A stretch of 64,000 bases of DNA from Octopus sinensis (GCF_006345805.1 NC_042999.1:1488001-1552000); one strand, 5' to 3'; shown: positions 1 to 14,049, counted from the stretch's first letter. The notes: generated from the letters alone by a model not told the origin. Program-made: numbers and translations.

Positions 1-869
1 AACCGTCCCACCCATGCCAGCATGGAAGGCAGACATTAAAGGATGATGATGATGACGATGATGATGATATAACACACGCACACACACATATATACATATA
101 CATACATATATTTATATATATACAATGGGCTTCTTTCAGTTTCTGTCTACCAAATCCACTCACAAAGCTTTGGTCAGCTCGAGGCTATAGTAGAAGACGC
201 TGGAGGTAACATGCAGTGAGACTGAACCCAGAACCATTTGGTCGGAAATCAAGCTTCTTACCACACAACCATGCTTGCACCTATAGATGGCAAAGATATG
301 TGCAAGAAACACACATGGCTATATTATGTGGGTCACTGTGTTGTCGATGAGGTGGAAGGGAGAGAGGGAGAGAGAGGGAGAGGGAGGGAGAGAGAGGGAG
401 AGGGAGATGGTGGGAGGGAGAGAGAATGGTTTATGCAAATCTTGGAACTTTTAATCCAAAATTAGCATTAAAATCTGCAACGTTAGTGTCTGCGATGGAA
501 GCAGTTGACCTTTCGATACACAACAGCTTCAGTCTGTGAGGGGGCAGGCGAGGGTTGGGGTGAGGGAACTGATGGGGGTCTTAAAAATTTAATCAATGGG
601 CGATCTGTAAAGGGTTTGATCGGGGCGGTTGTGGAAGGTGTGACAGGACAGGCCTGGGAGTTGGGGTTAGTTAGGTTTTTTTGTGGTTGTGGGATATTTC
701 TGCTTTCAAAGCAGAGATTATTAATATTGTAATGATGATGATGATGATAGTGATGAGGAGGATGAGGATGAGGGGGATCAGGGGATGTGTCCTGGAAAAC
801 AAAAAAGGAATATTAATGCTTTTGCTTGTTATGGTTTCTGTGGTTGATGTTCATGTTGTCAGTCTGACG

Positions 870-1511
870 AAAATGGCGCTGACAACCATGATGATGATGA
901 TGATGATGATGGTGGTCGTGGTATTCATGATGGTGGTGATGGTGGTGTTACATTGATGATGATGGAGGTAGTTATGGCGGTGGTGGTGGTGGTGGTGGTG
1001 GTGGTTGTGTCAGTGATGATGATGATAATGACGATGGTGATGATGATAATAAGATGGTGATGATGATGATGATGATGATAACGAGACGGTGAGAATGGTG
1101 GTGGTGGTGGTGTTACTAGGGGTAATGATGGTGCAGTTGTGGTGATGGTGATGGTTGTGTCAGTATGGTGATGGTGGTGCTAATGGTGATGATGATGGTA
1201 GTGGTGTTACTAGGGATAATGATGGTGGTAGTTAGGGTGATGGTGGTGGTTATGATGACGACGACGATGGTGGTGGTGATGATGGCAATGATCATGGTTG
1301 TAGTGGTAGTAATAATAATAATGATGATGATGATGACAGTGGCCATCGTAATGATGTGGCCGATTGTAATAAAAATATGATTATAATGAAGAGATGATTA
1401 TGATGATGATGATGATAGTAGTAATAAAATCAAAATATCTAAAGTAGTAGTAGTAGTGGTGATGGTTGTAGTGGTGGTGGTGGTGGTGGTGGTGGCGATG
1501 ATAGTAGTAGT

Positions 1512-1542
<31 letters not shown>

Positions 1543-1990
1543 CACTGGTTGTGGTGGGGGTGGGGGTAGTAGTAGTAGTGGTGGTGGGGGTAGTAGTAGT
1601 AGTGGTGGTGGTGGTTGTGGTGGGGGTGGGGGTAGTAGTTATAGTGGTAGTGGTAGTAGTGCTGGTGGTGGTTGTCATCGTAGTCATCATCGTCATCGTT
1701 GACGCCGACATCACCATCGTGGTTATGGTGGTATATTGGTGGTGGTGGTGGTTTTGGTGTTGGTGGTGGTGATGGTTGTGGTGGGGGGGTAGTAGTAGTA
1801 GTAGTGGGTGTGCAGGTGATGGTTGTGGTGGGGGTTGTGGATGTAGTAGTAGTAGTAGTGGTAGTGGTGGTGGTGGTGGTTGTCGTCGTAGTCATCATCG
1901 TTATCGTTGACGCCGAAATCATCATCGTGGCCATAGTGGTATATTCGTGGTGGTGGTGGTGGTGGTGGTGGTGGTGGTGACAGTGGTGGG
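870..1990. repeat. Compound (GAT)n/(GGT)n/(AGT)n microsatellite with an internal duplication of about 240 bp
   Basis: Direct inspection. Confidence 0.95.
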
Positions 1991-4337
1991 TATGAAAACA
2001 AAACTGGGGGAGGTGGGGGGCGTTTAAAAAGAATGCATAAAATGAAATTAAAATTAATTGAAATTTCATTTCCAGCCTGTATACAGCTGTCGTCCCTACC
2101 ATCCCTATCACTTTTGTTAATTAATTTTAAACAAATTAAGTAAATACAATTAGTTTTGTTTGTTTATTTAATAATTTGCTTTCCCATTATAGTTACATTG
2201 TATTTCTGTCCCATGTTTGTAATTGTTGTGGTTGTTGTTGCTGCTGTTGATCAAAGACATTCCGGTTCTGACCATCCCATTTTCTTTTTCAGGCATAGAG
2301 TATCTCAGATAATATTTTCTGATGTGTTATTTTTTTATAACAATATAAGGTGATTTGAGAAAGGGATTTTGCTGCTGTTTCTAGCATATCAATGGATTGT
2401 AAAGTGGGTTTTTTAGTTATTGTATAGTCCTAGGTAAGTCTTCATCAATGAGATCTCTGGTCAAAGGGATTCCCTCTTTTTGTATATCAATCTATATTGT
2501 TCAATGTATCTTTTCTTTTTAAGACAGCATGATATGGCATCAATGAGATTTAGTTAATATTAAGATATATATATATATATATATATAAATTACAAAATGG
2601 GCCAAGAACGCAAAATATCCGGACAACTAGGTGATACGAAAAAGGGACAACAAAACATCCAGATAGACGATACAAAGAAAACAAGGATGGGTCATTCAAA
2701 GTTTTCTATCTTCAGTCAAGAACCAGATCATCCTCGCAATTTTGGCTGATTATTCTTGAGATTGCTCTAATCTGGCCAGCCCCAAGGAAAAACTAAGCTA
2801 AGAGCATTAGATTCCTTTGAAGAAAGCATCGAATGTATATGAAAACAAGGACTGAAAAAAACGGACAATGTTACACAAATATAAATACAATAAAAAATAC
2901 AATAAAAATAATAACAGAATATAATAACAGGTGTCTTTCGACTAAGGACGAATTGAATTAAGCTGGCGCGTGTTGAAATGAAGCCTTACGGCAGAGATAC
3001 AAAGATTTCACAAACACAGGGAAGAATATCGGTGTTGCACAGACCAGTTATGACAACGAGAGTTCCAGCTGATCCAATCAACAGAATAGCCTGCTCGTGA
3101 AATTAACATGCAAATGGCTGAGTACTCTACAGACATGTGTACCCTTAACGTAGTTCTTGGGGAGATTCAGCTCAACACAGAATGTGACTAGGCTGGCTCT
3201 TCGAAATACACGTATATAGAAACAGGAAGAAAGAGTGAGAGAGAAAGTTGGGGTGAAAGAGTACAGCAGGGTTTGCCACCACCCCCTAGCAGAGCCTCGT
3301 GGAGCTTTAGGTGTTTTCACTCAATAAACACTCACAATGACTGGTCTTGGAATCGAAATTGCAATCCTACAACTGTGAGTCTGCTGCTCTAACCACTGGG
3401 CCATTGTGCCTCAGCTATATATATATGTATTAGTTTGATACTCAGGAAGAATGTAAGAGTCTTTGACATTTTGAACCTACCCTCTTCAACAGGAAGGAAT
3501 AAGGAGAGAAAACAGATGGAGCGAAGAAAAAAAACCCGAGAGAGACAAAATAATGTGGATGGATTAATGGCTGCATATGTTGAATGTATTTGTGTGGGTT
3601 GTGTGTGAAAGAACCCGGCACACTGTAAGGTGGATGGCATTAGGAAGGGCATCCAGCCATAGAAAAGAGGCCAAACCAGACTGTTGTCTGATGCAGCCAC
3701 CCCCAGCTTGCCAGCTCTGGTCAAATCATCCAACTCATGCTAGCATGGACAATGGACGTTAAATGGTGAGGATGATGATATATCTATCTATCTATCTATA
3801 CATACATACATATCTATATATATATTAATTTAAGAAAGTAAATTTTTGACTGCAGTATAACAGCAAAAAGTTTGGGTATACTTTAACCTTATATCTCCAT
3901 AATTTAGCAGTTCAACAAAAGACGTTGATAGTGTAAGTACCAGATTTAAGAAAGTAAGTGGTGTCAAATTGCTTCACTCTGTTATAAATGCCAGTGCCCC
4001 AGCCTGGCCACAGCCTAGTGACTTTAATGAGTAAAAAATAAAAGATAAAAGATTTACATCAGAATTACTCACGCATGTATTTTCACAAATAGATTCCATG
4101 TTCCTATCATTCAGCCACATCTGTGACATAATGTTTGTTGATATCCATTGCAGTAGAAGAATTTGGAAAATAACTAATTCTTTGTGAAGCAAGAGGAAGC
4201 ATGTGATCTCGTACACAAGACCTTGTGACCATTCAGTTGCTGCTTTGGTGGCCCAGTAGGTAAGGGTGTTTAGAAGTAGTAACATAACATACAAGTGGAG
4301 GTTTCAAATCTCTACCATGAATTACAATTATTAAATG

Positions 4338-4810
4338 AAGGTGGCGAGCTGGCAGAAACGTTAGCATGCTGGGCTAAATGCTTAGCGGTATTTCATCTAC
4401 CGTTATGTTCTGAGTTCAAATTCCACCGAGGTCGACTTTGCCTTTCATCCTTTCGGGATCGATAGATTAAGTACCAGTTACTCACTGGGGTCGATATAAT
4501 CGACTTAATCCATTTGTCTGTCCTTGTTTGCCCCCTCTATGTTTAGCCCCTTGTGGGTAGTAAAGAAATAAGAAACTGAAAGAAGCCTGCTGTGTATGTG
4601 TGTGTGTGTGTTTGTCCTTGATGACCACTTGACAACTGATGTTGGTTTGTTTATGTTACCATAGCTTAATGGTTTGGCAAAAGAGAATGAGAGAATAAGT
4701 ACCCGGCTTAAAAAAAAAAATTACTGGGGTTGAGTCGTTCAACTAAAATCTTTTCAAGGTGGTGATCCAGCATGGCTACAGTCTAATGACTGAAAGAAAT
4801 AAACGATAAA
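4338..4810 (+). mobile_element. SINE A fused to the 3' half of SINE B
   Basis: The A tail AAAGAAATA runs into the B segment AGAAACTGAAAGAAGCC. Confidence 0.8.
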
Positions 4811-5394
4811 ACATAAAAACATAAAGTTGTGTATTTCTTCACTCATTCTACATTTATTACACCAAGCCACTAGCTTAGGTAGAGTGTGTGCCACCCAGGG
4901 TGGCCCTTCCATTTCCCACCCCAGGACCCCACAAAAATACATATTGCCTACAGCAGACCCAAAAGTGGTTCCCCTATAAAAGTGTCCCCCAGAGTGGACC
5001 ATCCCTAGCTATGCTAATGCACCAAGCTTAACTTCTAAGAGACCCCCCCAGATCTTTTACTATCCAGACTGCCTTACCCTATTTCTCATTTTCTCCTTAA
5101 TTCCGTAAAGTAAACCCGGAAGTTTGTATTTTCAAGATTCTGTGAGTCCTTTCTTGTCATTCTTCATCTTTCTGTGTCTCTCTACCATTTTCTTCTTTTC
5201 TACTAAAACCTTCCATCTAACTACTCACCAAAACAGATTCAAATTAAATGGTAGTTCTGCTAACTGTATTAACTTCACCAAATTAGTTTGACTTTTCTAT
5301 TCTTAAGGATTTCTAAAAATAATTTCAAGAAAAATTGTGCCATAAATTCACCAAAACATATGAAATGAAATAATTGCTCTTCCTTGTTTCAACC

Positions 5395-5532
5395 ATTCTC
5401 TCTCCCTCTATCTCCTTGTTTCTCCCTCTCTCTCCTTGTCTCTCCCTCTCTCTCCTTGTCTCTCCCTCTCTCTCCTTGTCTTTCCCTCTCTCTCCTTGTC
5501 TCTCCCTCTCTCTCCTTATCTCTCCCTCTCTA
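5395..5532. repeat. 20-bp minisatellite (TCTCCCTCTCTCTCCTTGTC)n, about 7 units
   Basis: Direct inspection. Confidence 0.9.
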
Positions 5533-5853
5533 GATACGATGCGATGCCAATTCACATTTCATTTTGAATTATCATATTGCGAGAAAAGTCATACAAGCAT
5601 AAAAAAAGTATACACTTCAACAATTTATGCAAATATTGAAATCTAGAGAATCATCTGTCTAATTCTGGAACACAAAATGGTAAAAGACAAGCAAAAAAAA
5701 CAAAAATAAAACAAAAAATGTGGTGTAATAAAATGATTATAAAATATTAATGAATCACAAAAATATTGTATTAATATGCAAAATATAATGGGTGACAGAA
5801 ATATCTTGGTAAATATTTCTGTATTAAAATATCACAAATGTTTATGATGTTTA

Positions 5854-6057
5854 TCATGATGGTTCAGAAAATCTTGAGCTAATATTAAAATCATCTTTTA
5901 AAGGGTTGCTTGATATTTTCAAAACCATATTCTTACTTTTCGTTTTTTTTTTTTTGTATTTCAGTTTGCAAGATTCTTTATGTGACTTCACCATATTCTT
6001 CCTATTTTCTTTATAATTTTTTAGATTATTTTGACTGAATCGGAGCAATGAAGGCAG
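5854..6057 (-). CDS. Candidate terminal exon, copy 1 (LPSLLRFSQNNLKNYK...SSRFSEPS*)
   Basis: Open frame in AT-rich unique sequence, AG acceptor at 6058-59 (weak pyrimidine tract), ends TGA TAA. Phase-compatible with the 12990 exon. Confidence 0.25.
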   Translation of the reverse strand: MPSLLRFSQNNLKNYKENRKNMVKSHKESCKLKYKKKKTKSKNMVLKISSNPLKDDFNISSRFSEPS

Positions 6058-6332
6058 CTATTTTAGTCAATAATCCTTTAACATACGACATACAAATCAC
6101 ACACATTATCATCATTATTATCATTTAATGTCCCCTCTTCCATGCTGGCATGGAGGCACATGGCTTAGTTGTTAGGGTACTGATACACCATAGAAACCGG
6201 GGAAACTGGGCCCATGAGCCTGGCAAGGCTTTAAAAGGGCACATTTATTTTTTCTTCCATGCTGGCATGGATCAGATAGTTTGACAAGAACAGACAAACC
6301 AGAGGGCTCCATAAGGTTCTATGTCTACTTTG

Positions 6333-6539
6333 TCATGATGGTTCAGAAAATCTTGAGCTAATATTAAAATCATCTTTTAAAGGGTTGCTTGACATTTTCA
6401 AAACCATATTCTTACTTTTCGTTTTTTTTTTTTTTTTGTATTTCGGTTTACAAGATTCTTTATGTGACTTCACCATATTCTTCCTATTTTCTTTATAATT
6501 TTTTAGATTATTTTGACTGAATCGGAGCAATGAAGGCAG
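6333..6539 (-). CDS. Candidate terminal exon, copy 2 (tandem duplicate of 5854-6057)
   Basis: Near-identical duplicate. The poly-A run is 3 nt longer and the frame is preserved. Confidence 0.2.
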   Translation of the reverse strand: MPSLLRFSQNNLKNYKENRKNMVKSHKESCKPKYKKKKKTKSKNMVLKMSSNPLKDDFNISSRFSEPS

Positions 6540-7346
6540 CTATTTTGGTCAATAATCCTTTAACATACAACATACAAATCACACACATTATCATCATTAT
6601 TATCATTTAATGTCCCCTCTTCCATGCTGGCATGGAGGCACATGGCTTAGTTGTTAGGGTACTGATACACCATAGAAACCGGGAAACTGGGCCCATGAGA
6701 CTGGCTAGGCTTTATAAGGGCACAAGTGGAGGCACGTGGCTTAGTGGTTAGGGTGTCAGCACCATGATCGTAAGATTGTGCTTTTGATTCCTGGACCAGG
6801 CGACGCGTTATGTTCTTGAGCAAAACACTTCATTTCACGTTGTTCCAGTCCACTCAGCTGGCAAAAATGAGTAATGCTGCGATGGACTGGTGTCCCGTCC
6901 AGCTGGGGAACACATACACCATAGAAACCGGGAAACCGGGCCCATGTGCCTGGCTAGGCTTTAAAAGGGAGCATTTATTTATTTTTTTTTCATAAGTCTG
7001 ATAGTTTGACAAGAACAGACAAGCCAGAGGGCTCCACCAGGTTCTATGTCTGCATTAGCCTGGTTCCTACAGCTTGATGCCCTTTTTAATACCAACCACT
7101 TAACAGCAGACTAGGTGCTTTTTACATGCCACCAGCACCAATGAGAACGCTGAGTACCTGCAAGATGAGACTCCTCAATTGAGCAGGGTGTAGACTGAGA
7201 AAATAAGAAACTATGATACAAAGAGAGGAGCCAGTGTCTGGCTGAAGAGGCAAGTACATGGCTTACCTGGCAGGAAAGTGAGAGAGAGAGAAAGAAAGAG
7301 ATGCAAGGTCCATGTACAATGTGGATATGAGACAGAATAGGATAGA

Positions 7347-7945
7347 AGGCGGCAAGCTGGCAGAAACGTTAGCACGTTGGGCGAAATGCTTAGCGGTATT
7401 TCATCTACCGCTACGTTCTGAGTTCAAATTCCACCGAGGTCGACTTTGCTTTTCATCCTTTCAGGGTCGATAAATTAAGTACCAGTTATGCACTGGGGTT
7501 GATATAATCGACTTAATCCCTTTGTCTGTCTTGTTTGTCCTCTCTGTGTGTAGCCCTTTGTGGGTAGTGAAGAAATAGGTGCTACATCTACTGTTACATT
7601 CTGAGTTCAAATTCCACCGAGGTCGACTTTGCCTTTCATCCTTTCGGGATCGATAAATTAAGTACCAATTACGCACTGGGGTTGATGTAATCGACTAAAT
7701 CCCTTTGTCTGTCCCTGTTTGTCCTCTCTGTGTGTAGCCCCTTGTGGGTAGTAAAGAAATAGGCATTTCATCTACCGCTACGTTCTGAGTTCAAATTCCG
7801 CCAAGGTCGACTTTGCCTTTCATCCTTTCGGGATCGATAAATTAAGTACCAGTTATGCACTGGGGTTGATGTAATCGATTTAATCCCTTTGTCTGTCCCT
7901 GTTAGTCCTCTCTGTGTGTAGCCCCTTGTGGGCAGTACAGAAATA
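7347..7945 (+). mobile_element. SINE family A trimer (tRNA-derived head; central domain resembling the Deu/Nin domain)
   Basis: GGCGGCGAGCTGGCAGAA..GAGTTCAAATTCC (B-box), then GTCGACTTTGCCTTTCATCCTTTCGGGGTCGATAAATTAAGTACCAG. 15-bp TSD at 7334-48 and 7946-60. Confidence 0.9.
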
Positions 7946-10748
7946 AGAATAGGATAGAAGAGCAGAGAATGTGGATGTGTAGATGAGTCCACAGAGTGCA
8001 AAAAAAAAAAAAAATATAGGGTAACATAGAAAATTGATGGAAGAGTGGAACCTCCTGTTGTATATGACTGATGAAGGTCCTGGAATTTGTTGCTGAACAA
8101 CCACACACAGGAATTAAGATTTTGGAGTTAAAAGTCCTAAAACAAGCTCATATGCTTTTGTATGGAAGCATTAAATACTTATAATTATAATTAAATATTT
8201 CTAATTAAATATTTATAAGTGCATGATTAAATATAAAGATGTTTGGTTTTCTCTTGTATTTGCTTCTCCCCGAGTGGCATAGTATATAAGAATGTTCTAG
8301 AAATGAGAATGTATTGTTAATAGATTATAGTTTCATTAACTGTACAAATTAAATTAACTCTTTCAAAATAAATATTAACTTTATTCATGATTTAATCATT
8401 ATTCTCAAAAGATATTTCTGGCTTGAAAATTAGATGTTATTTAGGGAACAAAATTATTCAAAGATGTTGACTAGTTAAAAGAGCTTAAAATCGTATAAAA
8501 ATTCAAATATGAACCATAAAATTATTATAATTATTATTATTATAATTTTTACTATTTATAACAAGGTTTCTGAGCAATTTCAAGTTTTCAATTTCCTTAC
8601 TCACAAATGGTTTAATTATCTCATGTATTTGAGAATTAATTAATTAAACCAGAACTAGAGGTAATTGGATTTCTATGGAAATGTCAGTATGTACAAATGC
8701 CTACATATTAATTGCTAGTAGAGACACCATATTTCATTTTGCAATCATAATATACAACCAAACATTAACATAGCCAAAGTGTGTGCCGCCAGGATGGCCC
8801 TTCCGTCCGCCCCCCCCCTCCCCCTCCCCCCCGGACCCCACAAAAAACATATTACCTACAGCAATAGCCTACAACAAGATGAAAAGTGCCACCCCTTTAA
8901 AAGTGCTGCCTGGGCTGGACTGCCCCTAGTGTCCCTCCCCTAGCAACCCTGGCACCTGTGCCTCCTAGCTACACAAGTGCCACCAGGTATATTAAAGGAT
9001 TATAAATTGATACTGTGTCCCTCATTTTATGTTAGAAGTGTGATTCAAACATTTAAAAGTTATCTGCTCTTCTTCTTGTTTCAGCCATTTTGACTGCAGC
9101 CAAGCTGGAGCACTGCCTTTAGCCGAAACAAATCGCCCCCAGTATTTATTCTTCATAAACCTAGTACTTATTCTATCGATCTCTTTTACGGAACTGCTAA
9201 GCTACAGGGACATAAACACACCAACATTGGTTGTCAAGGGATGGTGGGGGGACAAACACAGACACACAGACACAAATACATGTACACACACACACCCCAC
9301 ACACTCCACACACATGATGAGCTTCTTTCAGTTTCCGTCTACCAAATCCACTCACAAGGCTTTGGTTGGCCCGAGGCTATAGTAATGTTTAATTTCTATT
9401 GTTATTCTTGTTTACACGCTGTAAAACCCATCGTATTATCCCATTTTTGTCTTTTATGTTGTTGCATGTCCTTTAATGCTATTATATGTAAGGCCTCATG
9501 GACAATAAATGAATTAATTATTATACTCTTTTACTCTTTTACTTGTTTCAGTCATTTGACTGCGGCCGTGCTGGAGCACTGCCTTTAGTAGATCAAATTG
9601 ACCCCGGGACTTATTCTTTGTTAGGCCAGTACTTATTCTATCAGTCTCTTTTGCCGAACCTATTAAATTCTATTAAAATTCTTCAAGACAGGGCTGCAGC
9701 ATGGTCACAGTCTAATGAATGCAAGAAGAAAAATACAATATTCCAACACAGCCACCAGCTCCCCTGGATACGAGCATGGCTGTCTCTAATGACTAAAAGA
9801 TGAAAAACAAAACAGAAACAGAAAAGAAACAAACAAAAAAACAAAGAAAACAAAGGATATTGTCTCTTCTGATTAAGATCTGGAAATGTTTTATTTGAGT
9901 GTGTGAAATGACTGCAAGGAATTACCTATAATGAGTGGAAAGGTTAATAAATACCAGAGTGGTTTAGATTTTCATCATAGCCATTGATAAATGATTAATG
10001 CTAAGAGAATAATTACATTATGAAACAAATACTTAAATATAAAACGTATTAAATAATAGATCAATATTATTAGATGTTTACAAGGTGTGGCAAATATACA
10101 TACATACATATATACTCTTTTAGTCTCTTTTACTTGTTTCAGTCATTTGACTGCGGCCATGCTGGAGCACCGCCTTTAATCGAGCAACTCGACCCCGGGA
10201 CTTATTCTTTGGTAAGCCCAGTACTTATTCTATTGGTCTCTTTTGCCGAACCTAGAAATAAACAACAGCGAATAATTCTCCCAAGAGATATTTCAAGAAT
10301 ATAGATGTTCTGCGATGGTTTTCCTTCTTGAAATCAAACTCTCCACAGCTTCTCTGCTACTAACCTGAATAACATCTCTGGAACAAAACAAAAGAATGAA
10401 AAAGGAAAAAAAAACACATAAAGCAAACACTTTCTGAAACAGGAAACAAACACACAGAGATGTGCTCCATCATCTGTGACTATTAATAGGTTCTGGCTGT
10501 AAGTTGGAGTGGAATCCTCTGCAAGTGGTAGGATATAGCTTTATTGCATGGTAAATACTGATCAGGTCCTAACTTGGACTTGAACCAACAGGAAAAATCT
10601 CTCCTGTGAAGAAACATTAAAATTTTCTCTGTTATGAAGCAAATTATTTTTAGACGATTCTGAAAATAAATAGTTTTATTATTAGTATCATTATTATTAT
10701 TTTTATTATTATCATTATTATTATTATTATTATTGTTGTTGTTGTTGC

Positions 10749-10779
<31 letters not shown>

Positions 10780-11022
10780 ATTTTTAAGGTGGCAAGCTGG
10801 CAGAAGCGTTAGCATGCCTGGCAAAATGCTTAGTGTTATTTCATCAGCCGCTACGTTCTGTGTTCAAATTCCGCTGAGAAAGACTTTGCCTTTCATCCTT
10901 TTGGGGGTCGATGAAATACCAGTTACACACTGGAGTGGGGGTCGATGTAATCATCTGACCCCCTTCCCCCAAAAAACTTTCAAAGCTTGTGCTTAGAGTA
11001 GAAATAATTATTAACATTATTA

Positions 11023-11063
<41 letters not shown>

Positions 11064-11206
11064 GTTGTTGTTGTTGTAAGGTAAAGAAGTGGTGAAATCA
11101 TTAGAACATAAACACGAATGTAATTCACTTAGCATTTTGTCCAGCACAGTGAGTTCAAATTCTGCTGAGGTGGACTTTGCCTATCATCCATTCAAGGTCA
11201 ATAAAT

Positions 11207-11548
11207 TACCATAGTTGATGGCCTATAATTCACACAAGGTCATAGGTCGCACCCTAGCCTAGGCTATACTTTTGTAAAATGAATTACCACTAAAATAATG
11301 TTTTAATTCTTCCACTTAAACTGTATAACTTTATGTTATTACAGGTAATTATAAATAATTTATTGCATCCACATTCGATATAAACATACCAGAGGCGATT
11401 GTTCACCAATACATGGCAGGTGACGTTTTGTAAACATATATACCATTTTGAGCAAGTTTTAAGCCTATATTGAGTGCATTGGACACAGGGATTTTTAAAT
11501 TCATATTTGGGTAAAAAAGGGGCATCTTATAGGCCATCAAATACGATA
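11207..11548. mobile_element. Tc1/pogo-type MITE with TA duplication, nested in a SINE
   Basis: TIRs TACCATAGTTGATGGCCTATAA and TTATAGGCCATCAAATACGATA. Splits the SINE motif ATAAAT-TA-AGT. Confidence 0.7.
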
Positions 11549-11924
11549 AGTTTCAGTTGTGTATTGGGGTCAATCTAATCGGATGGCCCGTCCTCCAAAA
11601 TTTCAGGCCTTGTGCCAATAGTAGAAATGATTATTATTAATGTTGTTGTTGTAAGGTAAAGAAGTGGTGAAATCATTAGAACATAAATACGAATGCAATG
11701 TCATTTAACATTTTGTCCAGCATGGTGAGTTCAAATTCTGCTGAGGTGGACTTTGCCTATCATTCTTCTAGGGGTCAATGAAATAAGTACCAGTTGAATA
11801 TTGGGACCGATGCAATTGATTAACTCCCTTCTCCCATCACTTTCGGTCCTGTGCCTCCACTAGAAAGGATTAGGATTATTGTTATTAGTTTTGCTCTTGC
11901 TTTTGTTTCTATTTTTATTATTGA

Positions 11925-12320
11925 GTGAGAAAGCAGTGAATGCCACCAAAGTGACACTACAGCAGTCCTACCCATAGGACTTGGGTAGGACTTGGTAAAC
12001 ACCCACAAAGTTATCAACCACCTCACCAACAACAACACTGAACACCTTTTTGATCTCCATGTGTCTAACACACGTGACATGCCTACAAAGTCAGAAAACA
12101 ACACAGCTCCCATGACTTTCGGAAACATTTTTTCACTCTCAGAGTTGCTGAAGCATGGAATAAACTGCCTGCGTCAGTTGTTGACTGCCATGACACTGCA
12201 TCCTTTAAGGCCCTCATGCTTACCGAAATCCGCCGAAACTACACCTGATTATATATACACTTTAGATGAGTTGTAGTGCACCTGAGCACTGTACACAATT
12301 ATTATTATTATTATTATTAT
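11925..12320 (+). mobile_element. CR1/L2-type LINE 3' end
   Basis: RKHFFSLRVAEAWNKLPASVVDC..SFK followed by a short UTR and a (TTA)n tail. Confidence 0.75.
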
Positions 12321-12989
12321 ATCAAAATAAATTTGTTTGAAATTTTAAGGTGTTTCCACTAATTTGTCCAACCCCTGTATGTGTTTGCTTGGCCTGCTTG
12401 AAATAGCAACCAAATTTCCTTCAAATCACATTTCACTAGCATAGACAGGGAAGTATACTGGTGACTCCCACTACCTGACTGATTTACCATTTTGCTAATA
12501 CTCAGAAGAATAGCAGCAAAGCTAATCTTGGCAAGATTTGAACTCAGAACATAAAGGTCCTTGGCTAAATAACACGCAGCTTGCTTCTGTATTATGCACT
12601 GATGACTCTGTTAATTAACTGCCAACAGTTGATTTAATTAGAACCTGAGCTTAGAAACTAAGAGATGAAACAGTAAGCGTTATAATGTTAGAATGCACGT
12701 AGCCTCTAATAATCGTTACAGCTCAACCAGTTTTCCCGCCCTTCTAATTAATAAAAAATAATTATTATAATATGTTAATGACTATGGTGTAGTCCCACTT
12801 AATTTTTCACAAATCCAATTTCTTCTTTTTCTTCTCCCCTGATTGCTTATAAAAATTAAATGATAAAAGCAAAATGAAATCCACTAATTGGAACAAGTCT
12901 TTTAAAAACAAAAGGAAAGTGAATTACGTAAGATAATTACAAACAGCATTTTCTTTTATTCAAAAGCAACAAATTATAAGAAATCATAC

Positions 12990-13081
12990 CTTCATCAGAA
13001 AACCTGTAGAAGTTGTTGTTGTTATTGTTGTCATAACAGTAGTTGTAGTAGTAGTAGTAGCTACATTCGAATTTTTATCTC
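12990..13081 (-). CDS. Candidate 92-nt exon encoding a Thr-rich linker (xDKNSNVATTTTTTTVMTTITTTTSTGFLMK)
   Basis: Acceptor ttttcttgtgtaattctttttcaaag| and donor AAG|GTATGA. Open frame, phase 1 to phase 0. Confidence 0.45.
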
Positions 13082-13427
13082 CTTTGAAAAAGAATTACAC
13101 AAGAAAACTTTTAAGATGTGTTGTAGTTGATTAGGAGGCATTCATTCTTTAATGAAATGAAATCTGTTAATCAAATGCTTTAATAATTTTCTTCTCTTCT
13201 CTGAACGTTTTGGAATTGCAAATATTCAGGAATATTGATCTTAATTCTCTCTTTTTAATACTTCGTTTATTTGCCGTTTTTTTTATGTGAATGTATATAT
13301 ATGCATGTATATGTATATATAAATACATACACACACACTATTTCACACATGCTCTCACATACCTATACATACATGTATGCATATATATATATATATATAG
13401 ATGTATATGTGTGTGTGTATATATATA

Positions 13428-13585
13428 CAGGAGTGGCTGTATGGTAAGTAGCTTGCTAACCAGCCACATGGTTCCGGGTTCAGTCCCACTGCGTGGCATC
13501 TTGGGCAAGTGTCTTCTGCTATAGCCCCGGGTCGACCAATGCCTTGTGATTGGATTTGGTAGACGGAAACTGAAAGAAGCCTGTC

Positions 13586-13638
<53 letters not shown>

Positions 13639-13870
13639 AATGCATGTGTGTGTTTGTGTATCTGTGTTTGTCCCCCTAGCATTGCTTGACAACCAATGCT
13701 GGTGTGTTTACGTCTCCGTCACTTAGCGATTCGGCAAAAGAGACCGATAGAATAAGTACTGGGCTTACAAAGAATAAGTCCCAGGGTTGATTTGCTCAAC
13801 TAAAGGCGGTGCTCCAGCATGGCTGCAGTCAAATGACTGAAACAAGTAAAACAGAAAACAGAAACAGAAT
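13428..13870 (+). mobile_element. Full-length SINE family B (tRNA head, CORE-like GGCAYCTTGGGCAAGTG block, internal (TA)n/(TG)n)
   Basis: GGAGTGGCTGTATGGTAAG..GGGTTCAGTCCC, with tail GACTGAAACAAGTAAAA. Confidence 0.9.
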
Positions 13871-14049
13871 ACATAGACATGCTACTTCTAGTATGTAAGA
13901 CTGCCTGTTAAGGGTTGCCTCTTTTTGTGTTTAAATGTATGGTAATTTTATATGTATATGTATATACTTACACACACACATGCAAGTATGACCATACACA
14001 CACATATTGAAAAGCAAAGCTGACAGAAGTTAGAAATAGGATAATAAAT

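Larger units (their letters stand above)
5850..6725. repeat. Recent tandem duplication, period about 480 bp
   Basis: 5850-6250 and 6330-6725 are nearly identical, including SINE fragments. Confidence 0.9.

Noticed and set aside
1398-2111. Long ORFs (237 aa here; also 25127-25631, 29314-29883, 36009-36541, 53081-54183 and 58397-58995)
   Set aside because: Translations of stop-free trinucleotide or purine microsatellites, with no complexity or splice support.
5229-5660. Two minus-strand acceptor or donor-bounded segments
   Set aside because: All frames close within a few codons. Could be UTR or chance sites.
13428-13500. tRNA genes (also at 22341, 34194 and the SINE A heads)
   Set aside because: A and B boxes are present, but there is no complete cloverleaf and each continues into a SINE body.
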